Notes: generated by a model from the sequence alone, not told the origin. 64,000 bases of DNA from a bacterium (GCA_020057885.1 JAGVEX010000019.1:84045-148044); one strand, 5' to 3'; numbered from the stretch's first letter, positions 29,880 through 40,399 are shown. Made by a program: numbers and translations.

Positions 29880-30389
29880 ATGTCTACTAATTTAACCCTT
29901 GAGCCACAAGCCAATACCGGCAAAACAAATTTGCGCTGGTCTTTTAAGGAATTTAGACAAGTTAAGCGTACTAGAACTTGGTGGATATTAGCTGGACTTA
30001 TTATTGTTGGCTTGGCAACTTGGGCCGTATTAACTGGTAACTTTCTTTTTGCTCTTATTCTTTTAATTGGGTCAGTTATTTTTATTAACGAAAGCCGCCG
30101 GCAACCTCGCCGTTTAGAATGCCAAATAACCACTTTAGGAGTTGTGGTTGGTAAAAAATTTTGGCGCTGGTCTGAATTAACCAGTTTTTGGATTGCGTAC
30201 CACCCGCCCGAAACAGCCAATCTTTATGTAGTTCCTAAAAATCCTCTTGACCCGCGCGTGACCATACTACTTAACCAAACTAACCCTGTAACGGTGCGCG
30301 ACTTGCTTACTAAATATATTATCGAGGATTTAACCCGTGAAGATATTCCCACTTCGGAAGCCCTGAGCCGCTTGTTAAAATTACAATAG
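29880..30389 (+). CDS. Conserved membrane protein (two TM + PH-like domain)
   Basis: LRWSFKEF..RTRTWW, TM hairpin, SFWI motif. Confidence 0.65.
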   Translation: MSTNLTLEPQANTGKTNLRWSFKEFRQVKRTRTWWILAGLIIVGLATWAVLTGNFLFALILLIGSVIFINESRRQPRRLECQITTLGVVVGKKFWRWSELTSFWIAYHPPETANLYVVPKNPLDPRVTILLNQTNPVTVRDLLTKYIIEDLTREDIPTSEALSRLLKLQ

Positions 30390-30610
30390 GGGCTTGCTAA
30401 AAATCAAATTTTAATTTATGCTGACCCAAGCCTAATATAAAGGCTTTTAAATTAGGTTTATAGTTTTTATTCCTTATAAACAGAGAGTACATTTAGGCCC
30501 TCGTAGTTTCCTCCTACGCTCTCGTTGTGCTCGAGCTCCGGCGGACAAGTAATGTTAATTAAAGCATTGCTCGCCCATCGAAGTTCTGGCGTCAGTCAGA
30601 ATACAATTAG

Positions 30611-30685
30611 GCCCTCGTAGTTCAATGGATAGAATGCGAGCTTGCGGAGCTTGTGATGCAGGTTCGATTCCTGCCGGGGGCACCA
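30611..30685 (+). tRNA. tRNA-Arg(GCG)
   Basis: GCCCTCG/CGGGGGC acceptor stem, anticodon arm CGAGC-TTGCGGA-GCTTG, GGTTCGATTCC, encoded CCA. Confidence 0.93.
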
Positions 30686-30727
30686 CTTATGAAAAGTTAA
30701 AGAGTTTTTGGGGAAGAAAATTTTCAT

Positions 30728-31582
30728 ATGCAATTATCCTGGTTTCCATTTTCTCTTATCGCCACACTACTTTTTGGTGTGGCGATGGCTTTTTATAAAC
30801 TTCCTTCAGCAAAAAATCATAATTTATTTGCTGCCACTTTTTGGTCACTTGCAATCCCGACAATTTTAGCTTTCATATTTTTTCATTCATATCTTTCTTT
30901 GGGTACCCCCGCAATGATATGGACGGCGCTTTTATGGGGTATTACATTTACCTGTATTGTTCTTCTCCAAATGTATGCTTTAAGACATATTGATACCAAT
31001 GTTTTATTTCCCATAACTACCACCGCAAGCCTCATTGTAACTGTCCTTATAGGTATATTTTTCTTCAACGAACATATTAGTACCCTCCAAACTTTCGGAG
31101 TTATTCTTGCAGTCATTACTATATTCTACTTTCTCTACAAGGGTGGAAATATGCGGTACTCCCGACTCTTGACTGGCGTTGGTTCTGGAATTATTTTTAT
31201 ATCCGCTTTTAATAAAATTTTGCAAAAAATTGTTGCTGATAAATTTGATATTCACGTTTTCCAAATTTATCAGTATCTCTTTGCGGCTATATTTGCTTTG
31301 TTGATTTATTTAGTTCTTCATCGTCGTGATTGGAAAACCCATATTTTTTCTGGCGGACTTGGCATTGGAAGTTTAATAGGTGTTTTTAGTTTTTTCGGTG
31401 GTTACGCGTTATATATCGCTTTAACTAAAGGCTCATTCCCATTAATTACTTCTATTCACTCGCTTTATATTTTAATAACCGCGCTCACGGCATATTTCTT
31501 GTTCCGAGAGCAACTTACTATAAAAAAGATTTTTCTACTTCTTCTTGCCATTGTTGCTGTCATCCTAATTCGTATCGGATAA
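30728..31582 (+). CDS. DMT/EamA family transporter
   Basis: About 10 TM helices in two repeats ending FFNEH / LFREQ. Confidence 0.8.
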   Translation: MQLSWFPFSLIATLLFGVAMAFYKLPSAKNHNLFAATFWSLAIPTILAFIFFHSYLSLGTPAMIWTALLWGITFTCIVLLQMYALRHIDTNVLFPITTTASLIVTVLIGIFFFNEHISTLQTFGVILAVITIFYFLYKGGNMRYSRLLTGVGSGIIFISAFNKILQKIVADKFDIHVFQIYQYLFAAIFALLIYLVLHRRDWKTHIFSGGLGIGSLIGVFSFFGGYALYIALTKGSFPLITSIHSLYILITALTAYFLFREQLTIKKIFLLLLAIVAVILIRIG

Positions 31583-31634
31583 ATACCACCAAACCTACCT
31601 GCCAGTAGTCAGGGATTTAGGATTTTAAATTTTT

Positions 31635-33686
31635 ATGTTGTCTTTAGAGAGTCCACTTACAACTATATCCGGTATCGGCCCTAGTTTTGCCAAAAAACTA
31701 GGAAACCTTGATTTATTTACTGTGCGCGATATTTTATTTCATTTTCCCTCGCGTTATGAAGATTTTTCCAAATTAATCCCAATAAAATCATTAAAAATCG
31801 GAGAACAAGTAACTATCAAAGGAAAAATTCAATTAATCAAATCCCGCCGCGCTTTCCATAAAAGACTGAATATTACTGAGGCACTGGTAGCCGACGCCAC
31901 GGGAACAATCAAGGCTATTTGGTTCAACCAACCTTATTTAGCGCAAACCTTAAAACAAGGCAGTGAAATTTTATTAGCCGGTAAACTCACCAGCTCAAAT
32001 TATGGCCTGCAAATTGAGCATCCTGTTTGGGAAATGATAGAACGCGGCGGAATACACACCAACCGCCTAGTACCTTTTTATCCCTTAAGTGGAAATATTA
32101 CGCACCGTTTTATACGAAACGCCATAACACGTATATTGCCACTGGCTAATAAATTATCAGATTGGCTACCGGCTGAAGTTAGAATTAAATGTCACCTGCC
32201 GCCACTTGCTAAAACTATTTATAATTTACATTCACCAAATAATTTAGCCGAACTTGAATTAGCCAGACGGCGTATAGTTTTTGACGAATTATATCTTGCT
32301 AATCTTAGATCTAAATTAGCCAGTATCAATTTAAAATCCAACGCCGCACCTATTATCCCTTTCTCACCAACTACTAAACAATTCGTGGAGTCGCTTCCTT
32401 GGCAGCTTACAACCGACCAAAAATTAACCGCCTGGAAAATAATTCAGGATTTGGGAAAATCACAGCCAATGTTCCGTTTATTACAAGGTGATGTTGGCTC
32501 GGGCAAAACCATTGTGGCTGGTTTGGCGGCCCTAAACGCTGTGATGGCCGGGTGGCAAACTGCTTTTTTAGCGCCCACGGAAATTTTAGCTAAACAGCAC
32601 TGGGAAACTCTAAGCCAATTATTTATTAATTGGCCAATTACTATAGGCTTGCTCACGCGTGGCCATCATCTTGTTTCAAATGATAGTTCGGCCACCAGCA
32701 CAACCATCAAAAAATTAATCAGCAATAATAAAATTAATATTTTAATAGGCACACATGCTATTTTAGAAAAATCAGTTAAATTCAATAAACTCGGGTTAGT
32801 GGTAGTTGACGAACAACATCGTTTCGGCGTGGAACAAAGAAACCAACTAATAAACAAAAAATCCATCTCGCCTCATTTTCTTTCTTTATCAGCCACGCCT
32901 ATACCACGCTCTTTAGCTTTAACAATTTATGGTGATTTGGATATTTCAATTATTCATTCCTTGCCGACAGGGCGCAAACCTATCACAACTACTATTGTTC
33001 CGCCTACTGGTCGCGAACGCGCCTATGCTCTCATGCGCCATGAAGTAACTGCGGGCAATAGAATTTTTGTTGTTTGCCCCTTAATTGACGAATCCGATAC
33101 TCTGGGTGTAAAAGCCGCTACCAACGAACGCGAGCGATTAGCGCGTGAAGTATTCCCTGATATTAAAATTGGTTTATTACATGGCAAATTATCTAGTAAG
33201 GAAAAAAACTATGCAATGGAAAATTTTCGCAATGGTGCTACGCCTATTTTAGTAAGCACCTCTGTGGTAGAAGTGGGAGTAGATGTACCACAAGCCACCA
33301 TAATGGCGATTGAAGGAGCAGAGCGGTTTGGCATAGCCCAATTACACCAATTTCGTGGACGGGTAGGACGTTCTGACAAACCAAGCTATTGCCTACTATT
33401 TGCCGACAATAATAACCAAGCTGCCAATAAAAGATTACAAGCTCTAGTAAAATACGCCAATGGTTTTGATTTGGCTGAATTTGATCTTAAACAAAGAGGC
33501 CCGGGCGACTTAATGGGTGATTTACAATCCGGCTGGGCTAAATTAAGATTCGTTGACCTGGCCGACGCCAAACTTTTGGCTTTGGTGCGACAAGGAGTGG
33601 CCAAAACTTTGGAAATTGACTCTGAACTAAAACGCTGGCCGGATCTTAAGGCTAAATTAGGAAATACCAACTTCCATCCTGAATAA
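31635..33686 (+). CDS. recG: ATP-dependent DNA helicase RecG
   Basis: LLQGDVGSGKT, APTEILAKQH, VDEQHRFGV, SATPIPRS, QLHQFRGRVGR. Confidence 0.97.
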   Translation: MLSLESPLTTISGIGPSFAKKLGNLDLFTVRDILFHFPSRYEDFSKLIPIKSLKIGEQVTIKGKIQLIKSRRAFHKRLNITEALVADATGTIKAIWFNQPYLAQTLKQGSEILLAGKLTSSNYGLQIEHPVWEMIERGGIHTNRLVPFYPLSGNITHRFIRNAITRILPLANKLSDWLPAEVRIKCHLPPLAKTIYNLHSPNNLAELELARRRIVFDELYLANLRSKLASINLKSNAAPIIPFSPTTKQFVESLPWQLTTDQKLTAWKIIQDLGKSQPMFRLLQGDVGSGKTIVAGLAALNAVMAGWQTAFLAPTEILAKQHWETLSQLFINWPITIGLLTRGHHLVSNDSSATSTTIKKLISNNKINILIGTHAILEKSVKFNKLGLVVVDEQHRFGVEQRNQLINKKSISPHFLSLSATPIPRSLALTIYGDLDISIIHSLPTGRKPITTTIVPPTGRERAYALMRHEVTAGNRIFVVCPLIDESDTLGVKAATNERERLAREVFPDIKIGLLHGKLSSKEKNYAMENFRNGATPILVSTSVVEVGVDVPQATIMAIEGAERFGIAQLHQFRGRVGRSDKPSYCLLFADNNNQAANKRLQALVKYANGFDLAEFDLKQRGPGDLMGDLQSGWAKLRFVDLADAKLLALVRQGVAKTLEIDSELKRWPDLKAKLGNTNFHPE

Positions 33687-34054
33687 CCAATAAATATGGC
33701 TTATTTTGGCCAAGACTGGACAAAATTTTAAATTCATACTACACTAATTTGAAAATAGAAATTTAACATACCGGGCACCAAAAACCTCACAAGGGCAAAA
33801 TGGTACTTCTACTATCAACATAATGGAGAAATGGATGGTACAGTAAGTGCCGCCTCTGCTCTCCCTATTAGGTAATGGTGCCTTTAAATTTTAAAATAAA
33901 AATACCAACCCTTTGGGTTAGTACCAATATAATTAACTAAAATAAAATTACAACTAAACGGAGATCGATTATGATAAATTCAAGTTAAAAAACTAATCAA
34001 CTCGTGTTCTTAAACCACAGAATTATTAAATTTTTTAAAAGAGTAGAGGATAAA

Positions 34055-34405
34055 ATGAGTTTAAATATACTTGGGGAATGGGAAAATCCAAATAACAGAC
34101 GTAAATATGAGGTCAAAATAATCGGACCTATTGGAAGTACCACAAAATCCGATGGAACAATTCTGGGTTATGGTCCAGACATACTTGCGAGCCTTAAAGC
34201 ACACGGTCTATCCGATGTCCCAAATGTAAAAATAACAAACCCTAAAGCCATGGCGGCGATCATAGCGGCTAACAACATATCTAACCTAAGTAAATTAGGT
34301 ATTGAAATGGATAAGCCAACTCACCAACTGCTACTAGAGGAATTACAAACCAAAGGGTTTGCTACTGAAAGTTTGATTCTTGGTGAAAACCAAATAATCA
34401 AATAA
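34055..34405 (+). CDS. Hypothetical protein
   Basis: ATG after GAGGA; 116 aa; no recognisable motif. Confidence 0.55.
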   Translation: MSLNILGEWENPNNRRKYEVKIIGPIGSTTKSDGTILGYGPDILASLKAHGLSDVPNVKITNPKAMAAIIAANNISNLSKLGIEMDKPTHQLLLEELQTKGFATESLILGENQIIK

Positions 34406-34458
34406 CCATCCCACCTAAAAAGAGCCAATGTAACTCCATACATTGGCTCTTGTTCTTT

Positions 34459-34986
34459 TTAACAAATATAAAACCGCCATTTTTTATATTTCCACTTGCC
34501 AGCATAGTCAACCCCAATACGTTTAGCTGATATAATTTTAAATGGTTTGCGTACCCTACTAGATTCAAACCATAAATTTTTACCAACAGTCTCATCACCA
34601 CCATTTAAACTTTTATCAATTTTAAAATATTTACATACCTTTCCTGGCCCATTGAGTAGTTTAATGTTCTTCCCCTCTACCAAAACACCTCTTATTAAAA
34701 CCGCGGCCGGATAATCTTCTTTCTCCGTTACCACATTCAAACAATAATGCATACCATAAATTAAATAGACGTAAAAATATCCTGCTTCACCGAACATTAT
34801 TTTAGTGCGGGGTGTAAGGCCGTGTGAGGCGTGCGAAGCTTTATCGTTTGATCCAACATAAGCTTCGGTTTCAATTATTCTGCCGCGTAGAATCCTGTGG
34901 CCGATTCGCCGAACTAAAAAACAGCCCAATAAATTTTGGGCGACCTTAATTGTAGACTTTTGGAAAAATGAGCGTTTAAGAAGCAC
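34459..34986 (-). CDS. mpg: 3-methyladenine DNA glycosylase (MPG/AAG family)
   Basis: GRIIETEAY, YVYLIYGMHYCLNVV, AVLIRG, NGPGK, RIGV. Confidence 0.93.
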   Translation of the reverse strand: MLLKRSFFQKSTIKVAQNLLGCFLVRRIGHRILRGRIIETEAYVGSNDKASHASHGLTPRTKIMFGEAGYFYVYLIYGMHYCLNVVTEKEDYPAAVLIRGVLVEGKNIKLLNGPGKVCKYFKIDKSLNGGDETVGKNLWFESSRVRKPFKIISAKRIGVDYAGKWKYKKWRFYIC

Positions 34987-35019
34987 AATACAAAATTAAA
35001 AATTTAACATTTTACATTT

Positions 35020-36369
35020 TCACCTTATCCACTCCACTGCCTCGTATATAGTTTTTACAGAGGCTATTTCCAGCCCTTTGGGTAATTTAGCATTGGCTGG
35101 CAACCCGGCTGTTAGGGCCTGTTTAAAACCCAAACGAGCGGCCTCCTGCAGACGCTTTTCTGCGCCCACCACCGGCCTTATCTCGCCACCCAAGCCTACC
35201 TCTCCAAAAACCACCAAATCATTCGGTAGCGGCCTTTTTAGGGCAGCTGAAGCCACCGCCGCGCATACTGCCAAATCCAAAGCCGGCTCACGGCTTTTAA
35301 ACCCACCTGCTAAATTAATATAAACATCACTAAAATTTAATTTCACTCCCGCGCGTTCAGCTAAAACCGCCAACAAAACCTGCAAACGATTAACATCAAA
35401 ACCAGTGGTAGCTCTTTTTGGATAATTTAATCTGGAGTGAGTTACCAATGCTTGTAACTCAATTAGCAAACTACGCGAACCTTCTAGCACCGCCGTAATA
35501 CAGGAACCAGCCCCCAAATGACGTTCAGCTAAAAATATAGCAGAAGGATTTGTTATCTCACGTAACCCCGCCTCGCCCATTTCAAACACACCAACTTCGT
35601 CGGTCGGACCAAAACGATTTTTATTAGCGCGTAAAAAACGTAAAGCTTGGTGTTCAACTCCATCTAAACTCAAAACCACATCAACTAAATGTTCAATTGT
35701 TTTGGGTCCAGCGGCTACGCCTTCTTTGGTAACGTGGCCAATTACAACCACTGCTATACCAGTTTCTTTGGCGAGTGCCACCAATTCTGACAAAATCATT
35801 TTAACTTGTGTGGGAGAGCCAGGATTACCCACCCCTTCGGACGCGCGTATGGCTTGCAAAGAATCAATTACTAATAAAACTGGGTTTAATTGCCGCGCTG
35901 TGGCTATCACTGTATTAATATCAACTTCATTGGTAAAAGAAATATTTTTACCTTTAAGTCCCAAACGTTTTAATCTGTTTGCTACTTGCTCCACAGATTC
36001 TTCGCCCGAAACATAAAGCACTGAGCCTGAACAACGCTCAGCCAAGCCAAGCAGTAAAGTGGATTTACCCACACCTGGCTCGCCGGTTAACAAAACAACC
36101 ACAGCCGAAGCGAGTCCTCCGCCTAACACTCTGTCTATCTCCACCCAGCCCGTAGCCAAACGGCGCGCTGGCGTTTCACTAATATGATCGCTAAGTGAAA
36201 CTGTGGCACCAGCGAGGTTCAACGCTGTGTGTTGAGTCTGACGGGTAACTGCGGTTGGCTCCGTGCCTACAGTGCCAAATTTACCACATTGGTTACAACG
36301 CCCTACCCATTTAGGGTATTGCGCGTCACAATTTGAGCAAATATAAATAATAGATGATTTAGGAGACAT
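35020..36369 (-). CDS. radA: DNA repair protein RadA/Sms
   Basis: N-terminal C4 Zn finger, GEPGVGKST, KNRFG, Lon-like C-terminal GEVGLGGEIR. Confidence 0.96.
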   Translation of the reverse strand: MSPKSSIIYICSNCDAQYPKWVGRCNQCGKFGTVGTEPTAVTRQTQHTALNLAGATVSLSDHISETPARRLATGWVEIDRVLGGGLASAVVVLLTGEPGVGKSTLLLGLAERCSGSVLYVSGEESVEQVANRLKRLGLKGKNISFTNEVDINTVIATARQLNPVLLVIDSLQAIRASEGVGNPGSPTQVKMILSELVALAKETGIAVVVIGHVTKEGVAAGPKTIEHLVDVVLSLDGVEHQALRFLRANKNRFGPTDEVGVFEMGEAGLREITNPSAIFLAERHLGAGSCITAVLEGSRSLLIELQALVTHSRLNYPKRATTGFDVNRLQVLLAVLAERAGVKLNFSDVYINLAGGFKSREPALDLAVCAAVASAALKRPLPNDLVVFGEVGLGGEIRPVVGAEKRLQEAARLGFKQALTAGLPANAKLPKGLEIASVKTIYEAVEWIR

Positions 36370-37505
36370 TATTTAATACAAAATTTAGATAATGGACTAG
36401 AGCCAGGATATTCAAAATGCCATTTTTCACGTTTACTAACAATGGGATTGCCTATTAACTGACAAAAACCAGCTTGCTTCATAATACCAGTTAACACATC
36501 TTGGCAAGGATCACTGGAGCTCTTGCCTTTGCACACCACGTCAACTGCCTGACCTGTAGTATGAGGACAATTAGCTTTATCTGGTTTAGGCTTACAAGTG
36601 TCCACTAAACATTTTCCATTTTTACAATTCTCTTCGTAAAGTTTTAATTGTTCGGCGTAAGTGCGTGAAGCATAATTAATTTCAATTTTTAAACCTTGAT
36701 TTTGGGCAGCTCGCGCAACTGTCAATAAAGTCTGCAATACATCTTCACGTAAAAAAGGATACTTGGCCGCGTCGGCATCTAAATAAAGAGTGGGGTTATC
36801 TTCTGGAATGCGCACTAAAGCAGGATAACCAGGAGGATTTTCCACCTCTTCTTCCACTAAATCAAGGGTTTGGCGTGGAATAGTAGTAATATCTAAAGTT
36901 TTAAAACTAACCAAAGCAGGGTTGATAAGATTTAAAAGTGTATAAGAAATTAAAGCTAACACTAAACCAGATATAGCGCTTATAATAGCGTCGTTAGCAT
37001 CTTTAACCCGCTCTGGCGAGCCAGCGGCCATAATACGTTTAAATCCGCCCCACGTTACCATTACGACTGAGGTTACGGCCAACATGGCAATAAAAAATTT
37101 ATAAAAAAGACTTAAGTAATTAACAAAAGTATCTCCCGTTACAACTATCCCCTGACCTGCTTTAACTTCAAAATTTTTACCAGCAATAGAAATACTGCCT
37201 GGAATGGTAATTTGTGGTGTAAATTCAATTGGCCCACTTTTTTCTTCACTCACACCAACGCCGCCACCAGTTGAAGGCGCCGAATCGTCGCGTACACAAC
37301 TATATGTTTCCCAGGTATCAACGCCACTGGCACGACTAGCATTACGGTGTTCACATTTAAAACCAGCACAACATATAATCTCTTGGCAATTGCCTTCGGC
37401 TGTAGTGCCTCCGGCCACGCAAGCTAATATCGCTTGAGGTGTGATTAACCAAAATAAACCAACCACTGCAACTATAATAAAATGCCACTTTTTTTTCTGA
37501 ACCAT
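36369..37505 (-). CDS. VirB2/TrbC-like pilin module fused to an M15 (VanY-like D,D-carboxypeptidase) domain
   Basis: TM hairpin with WGGFKRIMAAGSPE..A...I..A..GL; C-terminal SRTYAEQ..HTTGQAVD..EKWHFEY. Confidence 0.75.
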   Translation of the reverse strand: MVQKKKWHFIIVAVVGLFWLITPQAILACVAGGTTAEGNCQEIICCAGFKCEHRNASRASGVDTWETYSCVRDDSAPSTGGGVGVSEEKSGPIEFTPQITIPGSISIAGKNFEVKAGQGIVVTGDTFVNYLSLFYKFFIAMLAVTSVVMVTWGGFKRIMAAGSPERVKDANDAIISAISGLVLALISYTLLNLINPALVSFKTLDITTIPRQTLDLVEEEVENPPGYPALVRIPEDNPTLYLDADAAKYPFLREDVLQTLLTVARAAQNQGLKIEINYASRTYAEQLKLYEENCKNGKCLVDTCKPKPDKANCPHTTGQAVDVVCKGKSSSDPCQDVLTGIMKQAGFCQLIGNPIVSKREKWHFEYPGSSPLSKFCIK

Positions 37506-37508
37506 AAA

Positions 37509-38168
37509 TTATCTAATAAACGCCTTTAGTTCATCTACAGTAAGTGTACCACTATACACCTTATCTTTAGTAATAAAATAAGGCGTACCATCCACCCCCA
37601 AAGCTGTTGCTTCGGCCATATTATACTGTATTAATGGCAAGGTTTCGTGTTTATCTAAACAATGGGCAAAGCTTGTTAAATCCAAATCTAAATCTGCCGC
37701 CAAATTACGATAAAAACCGGCACTCAAATTATTTTGATTAGCAAATAATTTACTATGAAATTCCCAAAATTTACCCTGCTTACCCGCGCACTGCGCCGCC
37801 TCGGCCGCCGCCCGCGCCTCGCCATGCTCTGGTAAAGGAAAATCTTTCCATACTAAACGTACCTGACCCTTACTACCCCCCACTACTTCTGCCAACACGG
37901 GAACCATATCAGCACAATAAGGGCATTCAAAGTCACTAAATTCTATTAAAGTTGTGGGAGCACTATTATTACCCAAAATTGGATCATCTGGCAAAATAGT
38001 AATTTGACCAGGTGATTTGGTGGGTGAATTATTAGTGGTATTAGTACTTAAATTTGATGACTCAGATGTTGGCTTGTTATTTTGACCACGCAATTGCCAA
38101 ATTGCTATAACAAATACTACTAAAATGGGTATAAGCAATAAAGCTAATGGACTACGCCGAGCTGTCAT
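37509..38168 (-). CDS. DsbA-family thiol:disulfide oxidoreductase
   Basis: EFSDFECPYC, WKDFPL, GVDGTP. Confidence 0.9.
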   Translation of the reverse strand: MTARRSPLALLLIPILVVFVIAIWQLRGQNNKPTSESSNLSTNTTNNSPTKSPGQITILPDDPILGNNSAPTTLIEFSDFECPYCADMVPVLAEVVGGSKGQVRLVWKDFPLPEHGEARAAAEAAQCAGKQGKFWEFHSKLFANQNNLSAGFYRNLAADLDLDLTSFAHCLDKHETLPLIQYNMAEATALGVDGTPYFITKDKVYSGTLTVDELKAFIR

Positions 38169-38257
38169 AAAATAAATATAAGAATTACGAATTATGAATC
38201 ACGAATCAAGAATAAAATTAAATTCATCATTCGGTATTCATGATTCAAAATGTTTTA

Positions 38258-39523
38258 CTATTGTAATTTTACGCTTCTAAGCTTGCCACTGGTATCGGTA
38301 AAATAAAGTATTTTTCCATCCTGAGAAATTGTTAAATTAGTAGCCGTGAGAGCAGTGCCTGTTTCGTCTATTGGCTCAGCCACCAAAGTGGTAGAACCAG
38401 TTTGCAAATTAACACGATAAATATAATCGGGAATATTATTGGCCATCTCACGTGTAAAACCAGCGCCTTCAGGCAACTCCTTGGGCACCGCGCAATAAGC
38501 CACCTCACCAGATAAATTACATTTATCCGACCAAGTAGCCAAACCTAAAGACTGTTTGTTGGAACCCACACTATCTGTAGCGGCATCTACCAGCCATAAT
38601 TCTGGTTTATAATTTGTTGTATCACTATAAACAGAATAAAGTAGTTTTTTACCATCGGGTGTCCAATTCGACTCAAAGCCCCGGCCATCAACTGTTAATT
38701 GCGGAAAATTTTCCCCATTTAAACCTATCAAAAGAACATTTTGTTGAAACAAGCCAGCTGGCTCACCAGTGCGCGACAAGGCCACTACTTGATTATTAGG
38801 AGACCATTCAACATCAACTTTATCAGCATTTTCGCCCATTGCTTCTATACCGGTAAGCCCCGAACCGTCTGGATTTACTGTAGTAATCCAATTATTAGAT
38901 AAACTATCCCCTAAATACTTACCGGCGATTTTTTGTCCATCACTCGAAAAAGAAAATTCAGTCATCTCTTTGGGCAAAGTATATTGTTTTTTACTCTGGA
39001 AATCATATAACACATTCGCGCCATCGGGAAATTCTAAAATAGCGCTATTGCTACTGGGTGCCCAAGTAACGGTTTGAACCTGGGGATATAAGGCGTCGGT
39101 TAAAAGACTTTTTGCACCGTCTGGAGAAATTTCATAAAATTTACCATCAGCCGCGTTATAATAGCGAACACTATCTCCGGTAGCACTGGCAGGAAACATT
39201 GTTGAGCCGCTAGTTAAAGCTGTAGCGGCTGTGGCACCACCAACAGCCACTGGCGAACCAGGTTGATTTGTTAAACCAGCATTAACATTAACGTTTACAT
39301 TTACATTAGAAATCGGCAAATTAACTCCGCCTGGACCACTTACATTAACATTGCCGTTTGTGGTAGGAGGAAAACCGGTTGGGCCATTTACGTTAACATT
39401 ATTATTGGGCAATGCTTGTTCTGATTTAGTAAATAAAATAAACAATAACCAAGCTAAAACACCAATAGCTATTACAACACCAACTGTTAATAAAATTTTA
39501 CGACGATCAATATTCTCAAACAT
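38258..39523 (-). CDS. Membrane-anchored beta-propeller (TolB/WD40-like) protein
   Basis: TM anchor, Asn-rich linker, repeated WSP/SxDG blade motifs. Confidence 0.7.
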   Translation of the reverse strand: MFENIDRRKILLTVGVVIAIGVLAWLLFILFTKSEQALPNNNVNVNGPTGFPPTTNGNVNVSGPGGVNLPISNVNVNVNVNAGLTNQPGSPVAVGGATAATALTSGSTMFPASATGDSVRYYNAADGKFYEISPDGAKSLLTDALYPQVQTVTWAPSSNSAILEFPDGANVLYDFQSKKQYTLPKEMTEFSFSSDGQKIAGKYLGDSLSNNWITTVNPDGSGLTGIEAMGENADKVDVEWSPNNQVVALSRTGEPAGLFQQNVLLIGLNGENFPQLTVDGRGFESNWTPDGKKLLYSVYSDTTNYKPELWLVDAATDSVGSNKQSLGLATWSDKCNLSGEVAYCAVPKELPEGAGFTREMANNIPDYIYRVNLQTGSTTLVAEPIDETGTALTATNLTISQDGKILYFTDTSGKLRSVKLQ

Positions 39524-39524
39524 A
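39450..39524. repeat. 75-bp direct repeat, copy 1 (5' end of the beta-propeller gene)
   Basis: 71/75 identical to 41295-41369. Confidence 0.85.
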
Positions 39525-39531
39525 TACTAAT

Positions 39532-40149
39532 TTATTTAAGATAGCTTCTCATTTGTTTCAGCAACTCAGTTTTTACTTCGGACCAATTGATGCGTTCCAA
39601 AAGAATGGGGTTAGGTTCACGTTCGGCTTCAACGAAATAAACCAAACTTTTAAGCAAATGGAGATGATTATATTTTACACCTTTATACTTTTTATCAAAC
39701 CAATCTAATAACTGTTTCAAAGAATAAACGCGCAATAACACATACAAATCAAAAAAATCTTTGCGACTGCCTCGGCTAGAAATGGCTTGCAGTTTCATAC
39801 AGCCAATATCGGCTGGTGCGGCCAAATTTACTCCCTGATAAGATACTAACCGACGCAATAATTTATAAGGATAAAAAAGAAAACTTAATCTTATTCCAGC
39901 CAATCTAATATGCAAAGTACCAATGTCTTCTGAGACAACTGTTATTTTACCAATTTTAGATAGTTGCCTTTTAAGTAAGTTCGAAGAAAATTTATGCGCT
40001 GAAAACCAATCAAAATCCAGCGATTGCCTGTGGCCACACTGCAAAGCCAGGGCTGTTCCACCAGCCATATACCAATCTCCATTTTTTAAAATTCCTCCTA
40101 ACTTAGGCAGTAATCTTTTGGCAGTTGGTAGCAAAATTTCTTCATGCAT
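39532..40149 (-). CDS. AbiEii/AbiGii-family nucleotidyltransferase toxin
   Basis: YMAGGTALAL..GHRQSLDFDWF, MKLQAISSRGSRKDFFDLY. Confidence 0.88.
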   Translation of the reverse strand: MHEEILLPTAKRLLPKLGGILKNGDWYMAGGTALALQCGHRQSLDFDWFSAHKFSSNLLKRQLSKIGKITVVSEDIGTLHIRLAGIRLSFLFYPYKLLRRLVSYQGVNLAAPADIGCMKLQAISSRGSRKDFFDLYVLLRVYSLKQLLDWFDKKYKGVKYNHLHLLKSLVYFVEAEREPNPILLERINWSEVKTELLKQMRSYLK

Positions 40150-40159
40150 ATTACTAACC

Positions 40160-40399
40160 TCATTTTTTAATAACTACCTTCCATAACGCCTTACTTTTAG
40201 CATCAAGCTCACGAGTTTTAACAATAACGTTATACAACAAACTTGGGGAATATATTTTTTTTATAACCTTCCAATCCCCAATATCGCCAAATTGCAAAAC
40301 ACGTTTAATAATAAAAGCGCTATGCTTTTTAGGTTTTAACGTTTTGGTTGCTATATCCCAAAAAAGACCTTGTGAAAATTTACTACTAAATAAGCTCAT
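40160..40399 (-). CDS. Small putative antitoxin (DUF6922-like)
   Basis: LFWD...FIIKRVLQFG..DW motif; directly upstream of the AbiEii gene. Confidence 0.75.
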   Translation of the reverse strand: MSLFSSKFSQGLFWDIATKTLKPKKHSAFIIKRVLQFGDIGDWKVIKKIYSPSLLYNVIVKTRELDAKSKALWKVVIKK

